From: Felis catus | Taxonomy: Eukaryota | Assembly: GCF_018350175.1 (NCBI RefSeq) | Contig: NC_058382.1 | Location: forward strand, 2,914,001 to 2,978,000 | DNA: 64,000 nucleotides | Direction: 5' to 3' | Part shown: positions 13,350 through 25,292 of the stretch, in pieces | How the letters are laid out: every line of letters starts with the position of its first letter | Numbering within the stretch: position 1 is the first letter of the stretch | The notes under the pieces: model-generated | Database searches by the model: none | What the model saw: only the letters and a program-made list of their open reading frames with translations | Told to the model about the DNA's origin: nothing | Position numbers and translations under genes: made by a program

Positions 13350-14050
13350 GCCCGCTCCTCTGCAGCCCCAGCGCCCAGGTCCTCCGTCCCCCTCGTCGCC
13401 GCACCCTCGGGGCCCCTCTCTCCCTCCGGTCCCCCCGCCCCGGGCTCCTTCCCGGCCGCGCCCCACCCCCACTCCACCCCACCCCCGGCGCGCCTGCCCC
13501 TCCCCCAGCCTCGCGCCGTCCCGGAGCCAGGCTCCTCCCTCCGTCCCGGCCCCCGTACCCGATGCGGCGGCCTCTCGGGACCGGAGGAGCGGGCCGAGGT
13601 CCCGGGCGGCCCGGGCTTCCCCTCGCGAGTGCCGGCGGCGGCGGGACCGAGACTTCCGGGAGCTCCGGGCCGGCGGCGCCGGGGACGCGGGCGCGGGGGG
13701 CGCGGGCGCGGGGGCGCGAGGGGCGGCGGCGTCGCTGGAAAAGGGCACCCTCCGGAAACGCGCACACCGCAACGAAGGTTCCGCTGGCCGTGAGCCGGCG
13801 GCTCCCACGGCCCGCTTGCCGTGAGCCCCGCGGCTGCGGGCGGAGGGCGCGGGCTCCACGGAGACAGCCCCGCCCCTGCCCCGGCTCCCCTCCGCACCCG
13901 ACAGAAACTGTCCGGCTGCTGCGACAGAGATCAACTCATAAACCGTCTAGGCGGTCTGTCTTTGCCCGATATCCCTGAAGGAAGGGGCGCGCCCAGGTCT
14001 GTCCTGTTGCCACTGGGCCGTCCCGCCTGCGCCTCCGGCCCGGTGATGTA
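13350..14050 (-). promoter_or_regulatory. ZNF580 proximal CpG promoter and non-coding exon 1 (donor at 13558)
   Basis: Dense CpG island; minus-strand CGG|GTACGG donor; ETS cores. Confidence 0.7.
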
Positions 14051-14664
14051 GGGAGTGGAAGGAGGGGGGTTCTGTCCATCGGGTAAACGGGAGACCGAGG
14101 TCCAGAGGCCAGCCATCAGAATGTGCCACAAGCCACTACTCTCCCACCCAGCACATGGGGGAAACCGAGGCCCACAGAAGACCAGATGTCACCAGTGACA
14201 GAGATGAGGAGCTGGGGCATTCCCCACTGGGCAGATGGGGAGACCGAGAGCCAGAAGGCCAGAAGTTGCTGAATGTGGAGTTGGAGAAAGGTGGCTCTTC
14301 GCGTCAAGTTGAAGGGATGTTGAGGATTGATGGCGCCTGAACAAAGCGTGGCGCCAAGGGGGAAACCGAGGCCGGGCGGCAGGGCCCCGGTGCATGTGCC
14401 CGTCGCCACGGAGAGGGGCCGGGCAGCACAGGCCGCATCTGGAGCTTCATGTGGTGGCACGATAGCCGCATGTGGGGCACCCACAGCTCGACCTACAGTT
14501 ATGCAGGGAATTGTCAAAGAGCAGGGAAGCGGTGCGGGAGACGGGACAGCAGCAGCAGGGCGGGGTAGGGCACAGTGGAGAAAGGGGTGTTATTGCTGTG
14601 CCCAGCCCCAGGACCTGAGGGAGGTGGGAAGCGGGCAGAGCTATCAAAAAAGAAATTCCTGACC

Positions 14665-14820
14665 TTCGCGCTGCCCAATGGGACAGACACTAGCCGAGTG
14701 GAGCTACTGTGCCCTTGGTGTGGCCATTGTGGCTGAAGACCTGAATTTTAAATGGTATTTCTCTCAATTTAAATCTAAATAACCACACGTGGCTAGTGGC
14801 TGCCTAGTATGGGGCAGCCC
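14665..14820. mobile_element. MER3-like hAT-Charlie DNA transposon fragment
   Basis: Resembles the recalled MER3 consensus (gctgcccaat...ctgaattttaaat...ccacacgtggctagtggct). Confidence 0.6.
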
Positions 14821-15101
14821 CTGAGCCACCCTCAACCAGTTGGAAACTGGAGACCAGAGGGCCAGAAAGGACTCACAGTAGTATTCGGTTTGGACCACAT
14901 GCTACTTTTCACTGTTTTACTGGGGGCAACATTTAAGAAGCCAGAAAATGTACACACAAATTCATAATTTCCAGGCACACTTGGAAAAAAAAATGTCTAG
15001 GTGTGGCAATAAGCTGGAACTGAGAAAGTATTCTTCAGAAAACCTTCCAGAAACCCCCAAATGCCCCAACATTTGTGGTATTAGGCTAAAATTAAAGACC
15101 C

Positions 15102-15410
15102 TCTAGAACTGTGCTGTCCAAAACAGCAGCCATCTGCGACACATAGCTTTTGGAGGCTTGACAAGTGTCCGGGCTGAATTGAGGTGTGCTGTAAATAAAT
15201 GCAAGGCACCCAACAAATTCTGAAGACCTAGTTCCAAAAGAAAAGATTATCAACTCTTGCACAAATGACTTTTATATTGATTACATTTGGACATGAGAAT
15301 ACTTTGGACATACTGGTTTAAGGTGTGTTATTAAAATTGATCTCACCTGTTTCTTTTCACGATTTTTAACGTGGTTCACATTCTGTTTCTATAGGACAGC
15401 GCTGTCCTGG
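15102..15410. mobile_element. MER33-like hAT-Charlie MITE
   Basis: Terminal inverted ends ctgtgctgtcca...ggacagcgctg with an AT-rich interior. Confidence 0.6.
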
Positions 15411-15514
15411 AGATTCTTCCCCTTGTGATTTCACAAGGAGCCAGGCAGTAGGGACAGTGGAGACCCTGAACTGAGGGCATGCCTGGTTCAAAGGGCAACA
15501 ACACTGTCTATCTA

Positions 15515-15720
15515 CACCAGGGTTTCTCAACACTACTGATATTTGGGGGCTGGATCATCCTTTGGTGTCAGGGGCTGTCTTCTGCATTGCAGGCCAACAT
15601 GCCTGGGTCTGCCCTCCAGAAGCCAGTGGCCCCCTCCCTCATTCCCACCCCCCTCTTGTGAGGGCAGACATGCCAAATGTCCCCCAGGGCAACACTGATT
15701 CTGGTCTACACAGACAACCA
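15515..15720. mobile_element. MER20-like DNA transposon
   Basis: cagggtttctcaac...atttgggggctggatcatcctttgg...gacatgccaaatgtccccc resembles recalled MER20. Confidence 0.6.
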
Positions 15721-17899
15721 CCCAATGAGTCTCCTGCCCAGATCGCCTTTCTGAGTTTTAGACCCATATAGTACCTGCGTCCATGAGAACCGCACCACCC
15801 CACCCCACACCCATCCCTGGAAATGACAATGACCAACATTTACTGAGCCAGGACTGCGGCGCTGGCCTTTGCTAAGTGTACTGCATCCTCGGAGCAGACC
15901 TACGAGGTAGGGGTTGTGAAGATGCCTTTCATAGATGGGGTAACTGAAGCTGGGCAAGATCATGTGATTGGCCTGGGTTCATACTGTCCTCAGGACAGTT
16001 CCTGCTTCTGCCTGACTCCACCAGTCAGAGCTCATGACCATTGTCTGCAAGGAGTTCACACCTCCCCACCACCACCACCACCACTACAGCACTGCAAACC
16101 AGTTTGCCCCCTGCTTACAGTGAAAGCCCCCCACCCACCCTCTGCCTCCCCCAGCACCCTCTTTTTATGGCAATAGTGCAACAATACATATTCTTTAAAC
16201 CTACAGAATCATGTCATTCCCTGACTTAAAGCCCCCCTCACTGCACTCAGAAAACCCAGAAACCCATCAAGCACAGTGCAGCCCCCAGCCTCTCCCATGT
16301 CCAGGACCTTTGTTTGCTGTTCTTTCTCTCTGGAGTGTTATTTTTAGCCCCTCACGAGGATGGACCCTTTCTGGTCTCTGCTCAGATATTTCTTCATGGA
16401 AGCTTTGCTGTGTTTGAGGTCAAACTTGTGTGACCACATCCCTCACGCTGGCATTTGAGGCCCTTCATGAAGTGGCCCAGCCACCTCACCTCACCCTCCA
16501 GAGCTCCAACCGCACACAGCACCTCGCAGCCCTCCAACCAGACCCCGAACTTTTGTGGCTCCAGGTGCAAAGGCTCATGTGTTTTCTTGACCTAGAACTC
16601 TTCCCCTTCCCTCTGCTGGCAGCCTCCTCCTCGGTCTTCCAGAATCCTGTGTGTCCTGACCTCCTATACGCCCTGCTTGTCAGCTCCAGGAGACTTCTTA
16701 TACCTCGTCTGCTCAGGACCTTCCCTGGTTCCACCCGGCATTCCAGGCCTCTCCCCATGTGCCCCAGCCACCCTGTCCAGTCGGCTGCACCGAACCATTC
16801 TTGGTCCACGCTTCACATTTTGGAACGTTGTGTCTCTGCTCGTGCTGACTGTCTGGCATTTTCACCCCCCTTCTGTTAGCAAGTAAATCCCTGGCGCTCA
16901 GCAATCTCTCCCACTTCATCTGCAACCGATTCCTCTCGTCCCCAAACTTCCATTCACACAGCACATATGGGGCCTTGCTAAATCCTCTTAGTAATCTGGT
17001 CAGGCAGGCCCTCCACTGAGCCTCAGAAAGGGCAAGAGGCTTGCATCAGGTCTCCAGCCCAAGTGACAGAGCCGGCACTCACACCCGGTGTCCAGTATCC
17101 CCACTTCCCTCCCCAGCCTGCAGTCTGAGCCCTGCCTCCTGCAGGAACTGTTCCTGGACCAATCTCTTCTCAACGTCTACCATCCATTCCACATTATCTT
17201 GCATTCCCTCGCGACAAGCCCTTCTCCCCTTTAGGAATCAAGTGACTGCCGAGCCTGTGCCTCTGGGCCAATTTGGGTCTTAGCAATTCACTCACCAGGC
17301 TTCCTGCCCTCCTCTCTGCACCCCATCCCAGGTCCCCACAACCTCCCTCACAAGGCTTCTCAATTTCCAAGGCCCACTGCCCGTGGGGCCACTCTGTCCC
17401 ACACCCCAAGACCGTTATGTCGCCCAAACCCTCACCGCTCCATTGGGCAGGATCCTAACAATGCCACATCTCCTGCCCCGACCCACTGCTCCGAGCCTTG
17501 GCCCAGCCATCCTACCCTGGTGTAGTCAACAGTGTGGGCTGCAACGAGGAGTTCCAGGATGCTTCCAACCTCCCAAGCAGAGGGAGGTGTGCGTAAGAAA
17601 GCTCTCTGGCCAAGAACTCACACCCACAAAGGAAATGTTCCTACACCATTTGGGTTCCAGCCCGACCCCAGCAACTTAAGAAGACTCAAAATTCACACTG
17701 ATTTGAGTCTGTCTCAGCAGGCCCCATGAGTTGCCACAAGTAAGTAATGGAGCAGTACGTGCTGCCTTTGAACGGTACCTCACACTTGTAGCTCGCCTAT
17801 GAGACTTCCATCCCATTTACAGATTGGGAAACTGAGTTCCTGAGGGGGACAGTGATCGATCCCAGGCGACAAAGGGGGGTTGTGGCGGAGTCCGGGATC

Positions 17900-18850
17900 C
17901 AACAAGAGGCTCCCGCCTGTCACCCCTGACCAGAGCTGGCTGGGGGCCACAAGCCATTCCGTATTTCAGGAATTTGGAAACTGAGGCTCAGGTCACACAG
18001 CAAGCCTCTACCATCTGTACCAAAAACAAGAGGTGCTATGGAGCCTCCGTGGCCTCTCCACCGTCCCGGAAGTTCCTTCCGGCCTAGTCGTCCCGGACGT
18101 GCGGGGCCGGCTGCCGGGCATCCTTCACACTCGCGGACAGAGCCGGCAGAGCCGGGCGAGCGAGCGCGACGCCGCCCGAGCAGGTGCGCTACGAAGGCTT
18201 TGACGCGCCGTGGCTCCTCGGGTGCGCGCAGCTCTGGAAGAGCCGAATCACGCTGGCGGGGCCTGGGCTGTGGCTTGGGGGGCTCCTCCCTGCGCTCGCG
18301 TAGGGCGCACCCCGGCGGTCCGAGAGGGTCCGAGGCCGCCGGGGGCGCAGGAAGAGGAGAGAACCCGCTGAGCGGCGGGGGCCACCCCGAGGAGAGCCGG
18401 GGCAGGCCGACCTCCGGGCGCCGAACCTGGGGCAGGACGGACGGAGTTCGGAGAGTTCTCCCTTCGCAACTCACCGCCTCTGAGCCTGTGCGGCCCGCGG
18501 CCCCGGGCCGGCGCCCCGAGCCCGGCCGCGCGCCACCCAGTGCCCTACAGGTTCCTCGGCACCGCCCGGCGCCCCGCACGGCGGGACGAGCTCCGGGGAC
18601 CGCCCCAAAACTGCCCGCCGCGCGGGGAGGAGACGCGCCGGCAGCGCCAGGCCCGTTCCCGCCGCCATGTGGCCGGATGGCGCCCCGGAAACCCGCCCCG
18701 ACCGGAAATGATCTCCCCAAACAACGGTTCCGACGGCGCAGTGGGAAACGGCCTGAGAAAAGGGGTGTTAGTGTCTCTGTTGCCGCACAGCGAAGACCGA
18801 GGGCCGGAATTATTCATGCCCCGCGGCGGCTGAGGAAACCCAGGCCTTGA
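17900..18850. promoter_or_regulatory. Isolated CpG island; candidate distal ZNF580/ZNF581 promoter, possibly bidirectional
   Basis: High CpG, ETS (ccggaa) and YY1-like (ccgccat, gatggcg) sites, and a minus-strand donor GCG|GTGAGT at 18474; no recognisable CDS inside. Confidence 0.7.
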
Positions 18851-19955
18851 CACTTAACACCTCACACGGCATGAAAATAGCATTCCCCCTGTGCAGCTGG
18901 TAAAACCAAGGCCGGAGAGAGGTCGTCACTGGCCCTGGGTCACACGCTACTCGGGGCCAGTTAGGGTAATGCCAGCTCCTCCATAGGTCTGGAGCGCTGG
19001 AGGCAAACGACCCCCAGATCTAGAGCACACCTGAACTCTGGGCCTCCACCCGCACAGCCAGCAGGGAAGCCCTTCCCTAAGGAATACTCCGGGATCTGCT
19101 GGGCCACCTCCTGGGAAGGTCAGGGGTGGGCAGAGGGGGCCTGCAGTCCCACCCCAGCTGGGTGAGTCAGTGCTGGCAGAGGTTGCTGGAGCGCTTGAAG
19201 GTCTTTACACAGGGGCCACACACTTAGGCCCAGAATTCCGAGTGTGAGACATGTGCTGGTGGCGTGGAGTGCGTTCTTACAGGTTTGCAAGCACACCAGA
19301 ACCCTGGGGGGACTTGGCCCATCTCCCTTTGCATCCTGAGCTGCTTCCTACAGTCACAAGACGTGGGGAGTACCTCATGGAAGTCAATAAGTAAAGGACT
19401 CCTTGGGTGTGGGGGCACAAGTGAGGACAGAATAGGTGACCCACTTGCTCTGGTTTGGGATGGGTCCCAGGACTTTCCCAGTTTCAAAACTGAGAGGAAG
19501 AAACAAAGACCAAGACAATAAAATAGATGTCCTAACAGACTTGGCAAAACATTACCATCTGGTTGGGGACAGGGAGTAGAGAATTCATTGGTAATTTACA
19601 GAGGGATTATTGAAGCCAGAGAGTGAACTCCCCTGTCATAAATCGCACCCGGTACAGAGTGAAAACCCAGGGTCCCTCCCTCTTGGGTGAGACCTATGGG
19701 AAAAAGAAGATCATTCATCACCTTACGAGGTGAAAGCATCTTTTTCATTATTTCTCCTGCTTTCACTACCTATAGACGGCCAGCACACCTCAAGGTTGGA
19801 GATCATTCAGTTTGGGATAGAATAACCCAGAAAAGGATGCTGCCTTTTCTATTAGAGATGCCAGAGCCAAGCTCTGCAACTGACATCTCTCAAGCTGGAT
19901 GCGGAAGAGCTGGGGAAAGATTCCCGGCACACTGCTCACTGAAGACATCAGTTTT

Positions 19956-21251
19956 AAGAAACAATCATCAAAACTAAAAGGCAGCCTATGGAATGGGAGA
20001 AAGATATTTGCAAATGACATATTTGGTAAAAGGTTAGTATCCAAAATCTATAAAGAATGTATCAAACTCAACACCCAAAAAACAGATAATCCAGTGAAGA
20101 AATGGGCAGAAGACATGAATAGGCACTTTTCCAAAGAAGACATCCAGATGGCTAACAGACACATGAAAGATGCTCAACATCACGCATCATCAAGGAAACA
20201 CAAATCAAAACCACACTGAGATACCACCTCACACCTGTCAGAATGACTAAAATTAACAACTCAGGAAACAACAGGTGTTGGCAAGGATGCGGAGAGAGGG
20301 AACCCTCTAACACTATTGGTGGGAATGCAAATCGGTGCAGCTACTCTGGAAAACAGTATGGATGTCCCTCAAAAAATTAAAAATAGAGCTACCCTATGAC
20401 CTGGCAACTGCACTACTAGGTATTTACCCAAAGAACACAAAAATACAGATGTGAAGGGGCACATGCACCCCAATATTTATAGCAGCATTATCAACAATAC
20501 CCAAGCTATGGGGAGAGAACGTACACCCACTGATGGAGGACGAGAAAAGATTTGGTGTGTATATATGTATGTATGTATATATATATACATATATATACAT
20601 ATATACACATACATATATACACACAACAGAATATTACTCAGCCATCAAAAAAAAAAAAAAGTGAGGGGCACCTCGATGGCTCAACTGGCTAAGCATCCGG
20701 CTCTTGATTTCAGCTCAAGTCATGATCTCATGGTTCATGAGATCAAGCCCCACTTGGGCTCTATACTATCAGCCCAGAGCTCGCTTGGGATTCTCTCTCC
20801 CTCTCTCTGTCCCTTTCCGGCTCGTGCTCTCTCTTTCTCTCTCTCAAAATAAATAAACATAAAAAAAAAAAGATTGAAATCTTGCCATTTGCAATGACAT
20901 GACTGGAGCTAGAGTGTATTATGCCAAGTGAAATAACTCAGAGAAAGACAAATACCATATGACTTCACTCATATGTGGAATTTAAGAAACAATACAGATG
21001 AGCATATGAGAGGGGTGGGGAGAAGAGAAAGGGAAACAAACCACAAGAGACTCTTAACAATAGGGAACAAACTGAGGGTTGATTGGGGGGGGGCGGGGAA
21101 TGGGTTAGATGGGTGATGGGCATTAAGGAGGGCACTTGTTGGGATGAGCACTGGGTGTTGCATGTAAGTGATGAATCACTAAATTCTACTCCTGAAACCA
21201 AGATTGCACTGTATGTTCACTGACTAGGATTTAATTAAAAATTTGAAGATA
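19956..21251 (+). mobile_element. 5'-truncated carnivore LINE-1 (ORF2 3' end + 3' UTR) with TSD
   Basis: Degenerate ORF2 C-terminus (KIFANDI...[27 protein letters not shown]) and carnivore-type 3' UTR; flanked by aagacatcagtttt (19942-19955) and aaggcatcagtttt (21252-21265). Confidence 0.92.
20665..20872 (+). mobile_element. CanSINE nested in the L1
   Basis: tRNA-derived head ggggcacc...tggctca, (CT)n region and A-rich tail, inserted at an A-run of the L1. Confidence 0.88.
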
Positions 21252-21667
21252 AAGGCATCAGTTTTCTGTCCCTGTCGATAATAGAGGCTCAGCTTCCCCT
21301 AATGCACCAGGATGTGCTGAGCCTGCTCCCTAGTAATCCTGAACCACCAGCGGCAGAAGGAACACTTATAGGAAGCCTGATTACTTGAAGGCTTTGCCAC
21401 GAGCCTCACAGATGAAGTTCCAGACACCCAAGAGGGAGAGGCCATGAGCCTAGAGACAGAGAGCATTCTTGAAAACCTGCAGGCACTTAGGATAGCTGAA
21501 AACCAGGTGGGAGTCAGCTCCCTTACTTCCAGGCTGTCATCGGGCTTCTCCACTCCCACTGTGTATATGTAGGTGTATGGTATGTCCTTCTGGTCACTGA
21601 ACAGGTACTGGCCTTGACTCAGAGCAGGGAACGAGCCTGAAAGCCTAGAGAGAGGGGAGAAGGGTGT

Positions 21668-21727
21668 GGAGGAGGAGGAGGAGGAGGAGGAGGAGGAGGA
21701 GGAGGAGGAGGAGGAGGAGGAGGAGGA
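21668..21727 (+). repeat. (GGA)~20 microsatellite
   Basis: Perfect GGA run seen directly. Confidence 0.97.
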
Positions 21728-23333
21728 GAGGCAAACTCAGGGGACGGGTACTGGTTGAGGACATAAGCCTCCGCCATGAAAACAAAGCCATGGGCATCAC
21801 TGAATCCAGAGGAGAAGCTAAAGGAGAAAAAACTGCATTAAGTGAAGGCACGGAGAATTAAGCTAAGGGTTGTGGTGACCAAAGACCTTCTCTGCATCCC
21901 CCCAATCTTGGCTTACCCATGTCATCCTCCATCCTCTAGTCCTTAAACCCCCCATCTTGACAAGGGGCTGGGGGGGTTTTCCGTGGCCCTCTGTGCGCCA
22001 AACGCTAGGCTAACTGTACCACTTCTCCGCGCTGCCAGGACTCACACGGGCCTCCTGCATCTATCAACCGATTCCTACCGGTGTCCTTATGTTTCGGGGC
22101 CCCTGCTCCGGGGAAGGGAGAGGGGTGCTCCCAGGTTCTCGGGAGGCGGCCCAACTGAGTCTTTTAGGAGCAAGGAGCCATCGACTCAGACCGGAAAGGA
22201 GGGGAGCGGTGTTCACATGAAAACCGTCCGGGCGGAAACACACGCCCTCCAAGGAAAGGTTCCAAACGCCTTTTGTTCGATCAATCGCTCACGAAATATT
22301 TGTCAAGTGTCTCTTTCATGCCAGCTTCTGGGGATAAAAGTGAGCAAACCAGATCGAAGTAGCTCGTCCCTTCGTTCCCTTTAGAGGCGACAAATCTTAT
22401 TTTTATCGGGCACCTGCTGCAGCAAGGCGCTCTCGTGGGCCTCATGGGGGCGACAAAGACCAAAACATTGAACCTGTCACCGCCCCCCCCTCCCCCCCCC
22501 CCCCAAGCGACCTAAGCACGTGGAAGCAGTTACGGATAACAATCAGGACACTGAAAGCATCACTAATGGATCTTATGTAGGGGAGACTGGAATTTCAGAG
22601 GTCCTTTAGTGTCTCAAACTCAGCCCTACCGTTTTGCAGAGAATACTGAAGCCCAGAGAGGCTAAGTGAAATGTTGGTCACACAGCAAGTGGACGCCAGA
22701 GCTGGGATGGCAACTCAAAGTTGGGAGTCCATACAATTTCTCATCCCATTATGTTCATTATAGGGAAATTGTTTCATGGCCCCTGAGAGGTACAAGGGGT
22801 GAAACTAGAAAGTTCAGATTGTAAATGGGAGCTTCCTCCGGGAAAGAGTTCCCTGAGTGTGACGCAGAGAGGTGGATCCTGGCCAAATACATGCCAGCTG
22901 TGGGTGTTGGCAAGGAAAAACCAGAAGGCGGGACCTAGACTCAATGCTAAGTGTTTTGAAGGATTAAGCATTCCATCACGATTTTGTGGCAAACTTCAGA
23001 TTTTAATCAAGCAGTTTAGCAATGATAGGATCCCAATTGAGTCTCCAAACAATCAGACTCCAAGTCTCTCCGGGTGAATCTGAGAAGCACTGTGTGACAG
23101 CATTGGCCATATGGTGACTCCGTTTCCCCCTTTGTCATGTAGAGGCCACCATTCTTTGTTGTTGTTGTTTTAATACATATAAGACATAAATTACACAAAG
23201 TACACAAGCCTTAAGGTCAGTGGATTTTTACATGTATTTGTAGCAGTATAACCAGCAACCCAGAGAGAGCTCCCCAAAATGCTTCCTATCAGCCATTAAT
23301 CCCCAAGGAGGGTAACCACTTTTTGTTTCTTTT

Positions 23334-23358
23334 CTTTTGTAAATGTGTATTTTTGAGA

Positions 23359-23403
<45 letters not shown>

Positions 23404-24194
23404 GGAGGGCAGAAAGACAGGGACACACAGAATCCAAAGCAGACTCTGTCTCTGAGCTGTCCCCACAGAGCTCAATGCAAGGCTCAAAATCACAAGCCAT
23501 GAGATCATGACCTGAGTCAAAGTTGGTCACCCAACCAAATGAGCCACCCAGACGCCTCCACTTTTTCTGATTTCAATTCCCAAAGACTGCGTTGGCCTGT
23601 TTTTAAACCTCATATAAACAGGGGTATGTGGGTAGTTTGGTCCGTTGAGCATCTGACTCTTCATTTTGGCTCAGGTCATGATCCCAGGGTCGTGAGATCA
23701 AGCCCTGAGTCAGGCTCCATAATGATCGTGGGACCTGCTTAAGATTCTCTCTCCCTCTCCTGCCTCTCCCCTGCTTGCACATGTTTTCTCTATAACTTAA
23801 TTTTTTTTAACACTTATTTATTTTTGAGAGACAGAGAGAGATAGAGCACAAGCAGGGGAGGAGTAGAGACAGAGGGAGACACAGAATCCAAAGCAGGCTC
23901 CAGGCCCTAGGCTGTCAGCACAGAGCCCTATGCGGGGCTCAAACTCACAGACCGCGAGATCATGACCTGAGCTGAAGTCAGCTGCTTAACCAACTGAGCC
24001 ACCCAGGTGCCCCTCTCTCTAGAATTTAAACCTCACGTAAATATAATTGTATTGTACCTTTTTGTGACTGATTCTTTCACTCATCAATATCTCAGCCACA
24101 CTTGTTGTTTTCAATAGTCCCCCCCCCCACCAATGTTGTGTAAGTTCTGCTATATGGCTATCCCACAATTTCCTTTTTTTTCTTTTTTAATAAA

Positions 24195-24234
<40 letters not shown>

Positions 24235-24422
24235 TTGAGAGGGAGACAGAGTGTGAATGGGGGAGGGGCAGAGAGACAGGGAGACACAGAATCTGAAGCA
24301 GGCTCCGGGCTCTGAGCTGTCAGCATGGAGCCCGATGCGGGGCTTGAAGTCACAAACCATGAGATCATGACCTGAGCTGAAGTCGGAAGAATGCCCAACC
24401 GACTGAGCCACCCAGGTGACCC
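23334..24422. mobile_element. Cluster of four CanSINEs (about 23334-23558 -, 23621-23790 +, 23800-24013 -, 24180-24422 -)
   Basis: Repeated diagnostic motifs gagatcatgacctgagc / ctgagccacccagg, (GA)n and T-rich tails. Confidence 0.88.
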
Positions 24423-24429
24423 TCTTCTT

Positions 24430-24860
24430 TTTTCTCTTTAACTGTCAATGGACATTTGTTTTGGCCTATCATGAATAAAGCTCCTAAGAATACACCCACT
24501 CCTGTACATGTCGTTTGGTGGATATAAGGACTTGTTTCTTCTGGTGTGTATCTGGGACCAGAAGTGTTGGGACCTGGAGTAAATGTACGCTTAGCATCAG
24601 TAGGTATTAATAGTCTTCTAAGTGGCTGCAGCAACTTACATTCCTGTCAGCAGCGTATGTGGGTTCCAGCTGCCTCACATCCTCCCCAACACTTGATACC
24701 GAAAGTCCTTTTAACCTCAGCCTAAGGGGTGGGAAGAGTGTCACATTTCATACTTTCCTGATGCCAAATGATGCTGAGCACTTCTGCCTGTGTTTACTGG
24801 TCACTTTCATAGCTTCTTCTCTGAAATGTCTTTTGAAATATTTGGCCCATTTTAAGTTGA
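24430..24860 (-). mobile_element. Old L1M fragment
   Basis: Antisense L1 ORF2-end motifs (ttacattcctgtcagcagcgtatg...catcctccccaacacttg...atgatgctgagcac). Confidence 0.7.
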
Positions 24861-24949
24861 GGGATCTCTCTCGATGGCCAGGAAGGAGGCCCAGAGGGTT
24901 GAAGAAACCAAGGTCTGGAAAAGCTGAACAATTTGTTCGTGTGACACAA

Positions 24950-25292
24950 CATTCCTAGGCCATCAGGCTGCCATCACAGAATACCAGATACCTGGTGGGA
25001 GAAATGTACTCACAGTCCTGGAGGTCAAGAACTGTGACCAAGATGCCACCAGATTCAGTGTCCGCGGAGGGGCTCCCTCCAGATTCACAGACAGCACCTT
25101 CACACATGGAAAGGGTGGGGAAGCTCTCTGGAGTCTCTTTTATAAGATCACTAAACCCATTCATGAAGCCTCCACCCTCATGACCCAGTCAATTTCCAAA
25201 GGCCCCCTCTCCTAACACCATCGCATTGGGGATTAGGTTTCAATATGTTAAATGCGGACAGGGAGACACAAACATTCGGTCTATGGAAACAG
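24950..25292 (-). mobile_element. MLT1-family (MaLR) solo LTR
   Basis: ggctgccatcacagaatacca...ccaccctcatgacc...ggattaggtttcaatat...cacaaacattc resembles MLT1A/B. Confidence 0.75.

Larger units (their letters stand above)
18987..21861 (+). pseudogene. Putative decayed multi-exon gene of unknown identity, interrupted by L1
   Basis: Chain of short GT-AG introns (19162-19353, 19391-19481, 19687-19775, 21507-21604) with pyrimidine tracts. A reading frame crosses the L1 insertion point. Stops and frameshifts are present and no homolog was recognised. Confidence 0.35.

Noticed and set aside
17083-17142. Possible extra minus-strand UTR exon (cctgcag|...|gtgagt)
   Set aside because: Only the splice dinucleotide context supports it, and the pyrimidine tract is weak.
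13230-18850. Long Pro/Gly/Arg-rich ORFs in CpG islands (e.g. 13248-13934, 17920-18720, 18038-18850; likewise 52891-53685)
   Set aside because: Open on both strands because of GC content; no coding signature.
21664-21861. Protamine-like poly-Arg ORF
   Set aside because: Translation of a (GGA)n microsatellite with a non-ATG start.
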